Both the position numbers and the translations under genes were made by a program. From Rhizodiscina lignyota (lineage: Eukaryota), in contig ML978129.1 in NCBI GenBank assembly GCA_010015805.1, forward strand, positions 744,001 through 808,000: 64,000 nt of DNA. The letters are read 5' to 3'. This document shows positions 59,211 through 64,000 of the stretch, piece after piece. The notes under the pieces were generated by a model. The model did no database searches. It saw nothing but the letters and a program-made list of their open reading frames with translations, and had not been told where the DNA came from. Position 1 is the stretch's first letter, and each line of letters begins with the position of its first letter.

Positions 59211-60606
59211 ATGGCGTCAACACTCATGGACCTCTTCTACTCGCTGACGAACTGCATGGTGTGCTTTCCGGGCTCGCCGCAGCTCAAAATTAACAGTCGG
59301 AGCTTCAAGATTCTGCGACTCCTTGGAGAGGTATATCTATCCTTTACCATTTCACATGTGAACTCTAGGAGCTAGACATAAGCTAATATCGAGGAGGGCG
59401 GTTTCTCATACGTATACCTCGTCCAAGATACGCACAACCAGTCCCTCTATGCCCTAAAGAAGATCCGCTGTCCCTTTGGCCAAGAATCCGTATCACAGGC
59501 CCTCAAAGAAGTCGAAGCCTACGCCCTCTTCTCTCCTCATCCGAACATCATCCATGCAATCGATCACTCCATCTCCTCCGACAAGTCTGACCCTGGTGCC
59601 AAGACCGTGTATATACTCCTGCCATATTACAGGCGGGGGAATTTGCAGGATATGATCAATGCGAATCTAGTCAATCACACGCGATTTCCAGAGAAGAGGC
59701 TTATGGTGTTGTTTCTGGGAGTCTGTAGGGCATTGAAGGCGATGCACCAGTATAAGGTCAAGGGTGCGCCAGGCGGTGCAGAAAGCCAAAAGAATGCAAG
59801 GAGAGTGCGAGAAGAGGCAGCGCAGGCGGACGAGGAAGCAGCAGAGGAGGCGGACAGAGCAGGCAGGACACCTGGCCGGAGACGGGACGAGGATGATGAA
59901 GACATTCAGGAGCAGCCGTTAATGGATGGAGAGGTAGTCAGAAGTCAGGAAGGTGTAGCACCGGGACAAGAAAGGAGTTATGCGCATAGAGATATCAAGC
60001 CTGGTGAGTCTTAATTTCTTCGGAAATGGTGTGCAGAATTGGCTGATGCGTTGGACAGGAAATATCATGATATCAGATGACGGGAAGACACCCATTCTTA
60101 TGGACCTTGGGTCTCTTGCCCCGTCACCAACGCCAATCACATCACGCAGTCTCGCATTAGCAGTGCAAGATACCGCCGCGGAGCATAGCACGATGCCATA
60201 TCGTGCACCTGAGCTTTTTGATGTCAAAACTGGCAGCACCATCGATACAAAAGTCGACATCTGGAGTCTCGGCTGCACGCTGTATGCCTGCTTAGTTGGC
60301 AAGTCACCATTCGAAGCACGTTCCGAGGAGACAGGTGGAAGTCTCTCCCTTTGCGTACTTGGCGGTGACTGGAGATTCCCAGACGAGGGTACACAGCCGA
60401 AAGATCGTGGCAAGCAGAGGCTGCAGCAAAATGGAGATGCCGATGCTGGAGCAGGTTCTCGGGGTGAGAGTATCAGCGATCCCGTAAAGGAGATCGTTAG
60501 GAAATGTTTGAAGGTCGAGCCAGCGGAAAGACCCGACATTGACGAGCTAATTGGAGCTGTTGAAGACGTAGTTGCACGTCTACCTGAAGATGGGGTAGAC
60601 GAATAA
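59211..60606 (+). CDS. ENV7: NAK-family Ser/Thr kinase Env7/STK16
   Basis: N-terminal CMVCFP, LLGE|GGFSYV (intron 59331-59396), YALKKIRC, HRDIKP|GNIM (intron about 60004-60058), MDLGS, STMPYRAPELF and DIWSLGC. Confidence 0.92.
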
Positions 60607-61362
60607 ATGCACCTGAAAGGGCCGGCGTTTTACGTGATATCCAATGATTCTGTAATATATGAATGGAGGAAGGCAATCGGAACGCAGGCATGTTTGCGCC
60701 GGGAAGCGGCAACAATTCAATTCTAAATGGAATCCCGTGGTGGCAGAATGATCAGAAACTCATTACGCGTCCTCAAGCCATGAATTGCACTTTTTGGGAC
60801 TTGCCTTGATGTCCAATAATGGATGCCTTGACAGTGGTGGCCCAAGCGTTTCCATTCTCTATAAACTTCAGGCCTTGCGGGGAACCGGGGCAACTCTCTT
60901 TGTTCCACAAGCTGTGACTTTGCACTCACTTACAGCTCTACGATACCCGCGCATCTGACCTTTAGTTCCTAATTCATTTTATTTAAGTCACAATTGAATC
61001 CGCTGCCGCTTTCGAAGCTCGGTTCATCAAAGCCAGGCCGAAGGCAACGGCAATTTACAGGAGTCACCTATATACAATACAAAGAAGGTGCGTATCAGAC
61101 TTATATTAGAATGAACCAGACATCTCGTTCTTATTGCTCCTTCTCGATTGGCTCTCTTCAGTTCCCATTCGACCATGAGCATGGAGCTCCTTGCGCCTTC
61201 CAGCTTGCCATTTGTGTACCACGAAGCTATCAAAACATCCTCCCCTACTTTCCGCTGTAGTCCTTGTTCATACATATCTTGGACATTAAATCCAATTTTA
61301 CTCATATGAGCATTGTTTTCCACTACTCGGATATCACTTGTTCAGGGCGATTGTTCGTCATA

Positions 61363-63680
61363 ATGGCGAAAGCATTGCTAATGTCGATGCTAGTCTGGTA
61401 TATATTTCAACTTCCATCATTCGCCATGGTCATCAAACCAAATCGCCTCACGCCAGAGCTTATGCTCGGTGCTCCTCGTCGCAGTCCGGGATTGCTTAAC
61501 AGTAACGGGTCACTCATCCTGCACAATGTCTATGAGTATTCATTTGCGGAACATAAAGGATCCACAGATATTCGTGTCCTTGATGTGGAAACTGGTGACA
61601 TTACAGTCGTCACGAAGCCCGATAGTGTCATCAGCCCGCAATGGTTAGGCGCAGACCACTTGCTGTACCTCGCTCCCACCGAGGAGGGTACTACGAAAGT
61701 AGTGGTGGGCAGCATCAGTGATTTCGACGACGATAGCTACGTTGCTGGCGTTATCAATGGTATTGCAGGCACGGCCAAAATCAAGAAATTGGACCACCAC
61801 TCATACCTGTTCGCCATCTCGGCTCAGGCGAAGCCAGACGGCAGTCTTGTCAATCCTTTGGAGAAAACCACAAGGCACCACGAAGGGCGACTCTACGATA
61901 GTATCTACGTACGCCACTGGAATTATTATCTGAGTTCGAACCGTGCGTCTATTTTCTACGGCAAATTGTTTAAGGATTCGTCGGACGGAAAATGGCAGCT
62001 CTCAGAACTGACCAATGCACTGAATGGAACTGGCCTTGAGTCGCCAGTGCCAGCTTTCGGGAAATATGGGGATTCTAGTGATTTTGATATTTCCTCAACC
62101 GGAATCGTCTTTGTTGCGAAAGATCCGAAACTTCAACCAGCAACCAACACCAAGTCAAACGTCTATCTGATGACCCTTCACGGGTTTGACGGAACACAAA
62201 GTTTGCCCAAGCCATACAAGGTCTCAGTCAACGGCTATGAAGGGGCCAGCTCATCGCCAGTGTTCTCTGGAGATGGCGGCAAGGTAGCCTTCCTGCAGAT
62301 GACACAGAATGGCTACGAATCCGATCGAAGGGAGATCTTCACCATCCCGGATGTACGTCGACCGGCTTTTATCAATCACCTTATTGGCTTTCCGGAGCTG
62401 AAGATGATATGGGACGTCAACCCGGCAAGTCTGTCGTGGAGCTTGGATGGGAAGAAATTGTTCGTCCTTGGAGAACAGAAGGGAATTAATTGTCTCTGGA
62501 CAATGTCCGCGGATTACCTACATCTCAGCTCCGTACCAGCGAAGATCTTCGATGTGGACGGTGTACTCGGTATGTACTGTGAGCCTCGGGACTATGGAAT
62601 TTAAATCAGCCTGAGTAGTAAGTCATCAGGTTTATATAGAGGCTAATCAGGTTCTCAGGATTTCAACAACTGGATTCTGGTGAAGTTTTCGTTTCCGGGA
62701 GCAACTTCGTCGACAATTCAACCTATTATCGACTGGTTCCGAAAACGGCTTCATCATACTCTCATCACCTCATTTCCTCCAATGCAAGAGAGGGCTCCTT
62801 GTTTGGTCTATCTCGCAGTCAAGTTGAGGAGATCTGGTTCGATGGTGCGGAGCAAGAAGTGCACGCGTGGGTTCTAAAACCGTCGACGTTCCGCAAAGGC
62901 CAGAGATATCCACTTGCCTACTGCATCCATGGTGGACCTCAAGGAGCTTGGGGCGATGAATGGGGTACACGCTGGAATGCTGCCGTCTTTGCTGAGCAGG
63001 GTTATGTCGTCGTCATGCCCAATCCAACCGGCAGTACAGGATACGGCCAGCGTTTCTGTGACGCCATTCAGAATCAGTGGGGCGGGTTGCCGTACGAAGA
63101 TCTCGTCAAAGGATTCGAGTATATCGAGCAGAATCTGGACTATGTCGACACATCCAGATCGGTGGCTCTCGGCGCTTCCTACGGTGGCTACATGATAAAC
63201 TGGATCCAAGGCCAGCCACTCGGTCGCAAGTTCAAGGCGCTTGTTTGCCACGACGGCGTCTTCAGTATGGCAGGGCAGATGGCATCGGAAGAACTGTACT
63301 TCCCCGAACACGAGTTCGGTGGCAAATTCTGGGACAATCCAAAGGGCTGGCTCAAGTGGGATCCTTCAAGGTATACGCGCAACTGGGACACTCCGCAGTT
63401 GGTCATCCACAGCGCGAACGACTATCGTTTGACGATATCGGAGGGACTTGCGGCGTTCAATGTCTTGCAGGATCGGGGGATTGAGAGCCGGTTTTTAACG
63501 TTTTCGAACGAAGATCACTGGGTTATCCAGCCGGAGAGTTCCTTGCTGTGGCATACCGTCGTTCTTGATTTCATCAACAAGCACGTTGGATTACCCCTCT
63601 ACAGCGAGCAGAGCAAGCGAGCTAAGCGGACATTGGAGGAGGCACAAATCTTAGACCCTTCTGTGTCCCAAGAAGAGTAG
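61363..63680 (+). CDS. DPP5: Secreted dipeptidyl-peptidase V (peptidase S9)
   Basis: Signal peptide, LTPELMLGAPRRS and YVRHWN. Intron 62570-62658. Then IHGGPQG, NPTGSTGYGQ, GASYGGY (catalytic Ser), DYRL and EDHW. Confidence 0.93.
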
Positions 63681-64000
63681 GATCTTTCCTTGGTTATGTT
63701 TCGCATTGAGCTCTCTTCCGTCTCTAGCAAGCAGGAATTAATCACGGAGTCTTCGGCAGCCGACAAAAAGCACAATCTCCATTGTTGTATTAGTCTTTCG
63801 GTATTCTGTATATATGAGGTAGTCCAATTCCAGTACGAAGAACATCGTTTCTGGCGAACGAAAATCTACAGGGCCACGATAATGCAGTTACCTTCAGCAC
63901 TTCTAAGAAGCTTCAGTGCATCGGTAAGTAGCTTGTCAAGCCCCGCGTTAGAAGGTTTGCTTCTCATTATCGCGGAAAAGAGACGCCGTTGCAGATCTCA

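Noticed and set aside
63860..64000. Possible 3' end of a minus-strand gene at the window edge
   Set aside because: Too short and truncated to support a call.

Overview
Gene-dense eukaryotic DNA from a filamentous ascomycete (Pezizomycotina, possibly Dothideomycetes; inferred from short GT-AG introns with CTRAC/CTAAY branch sites and from the gene families). I can support about 26 protein-coding loci, most of them spliced and therefore fragmented in the ORF track. In order: PSP1-domain protein, a hypothetical protein, GH16 glucanase, CIA2/MIP18, a Zn2Cys6 transcription factor, VPS8, DUF3752, FAN1, DUS2, GIG1/DUF3605, CK2-alpha, RPP1, flavocytochrome b2-like, a GH79 with an in-frame TGA, dUTPase, pyridoxal kinase, PCNA, a HET-domain protein, a 1203-aa membrane protein, PTC7, a CBS protein, an APH-type phosphotransferase with PTS1, CLIP-170, a 753-aa orphan, ENV7/STK16 kinase and dipeptidyl peptidase V. 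I saw no rRNA, tRNA, CRISPR array or intact transposon. The most notable items are a 625-nt hairpin-rich intron in CIA2, a single in-frame stop in an otherwise intact GH79, a PCNA start codon split by an intron, MCB-box clusters at DUT1, PCNA and FAN1, and accessory-looking genes (GH79, HET, orphan) among housekeeping genes. I cannot demonstrate a new multi-gene system from sequence alone. All family calls come from motif recognition, not database searches.
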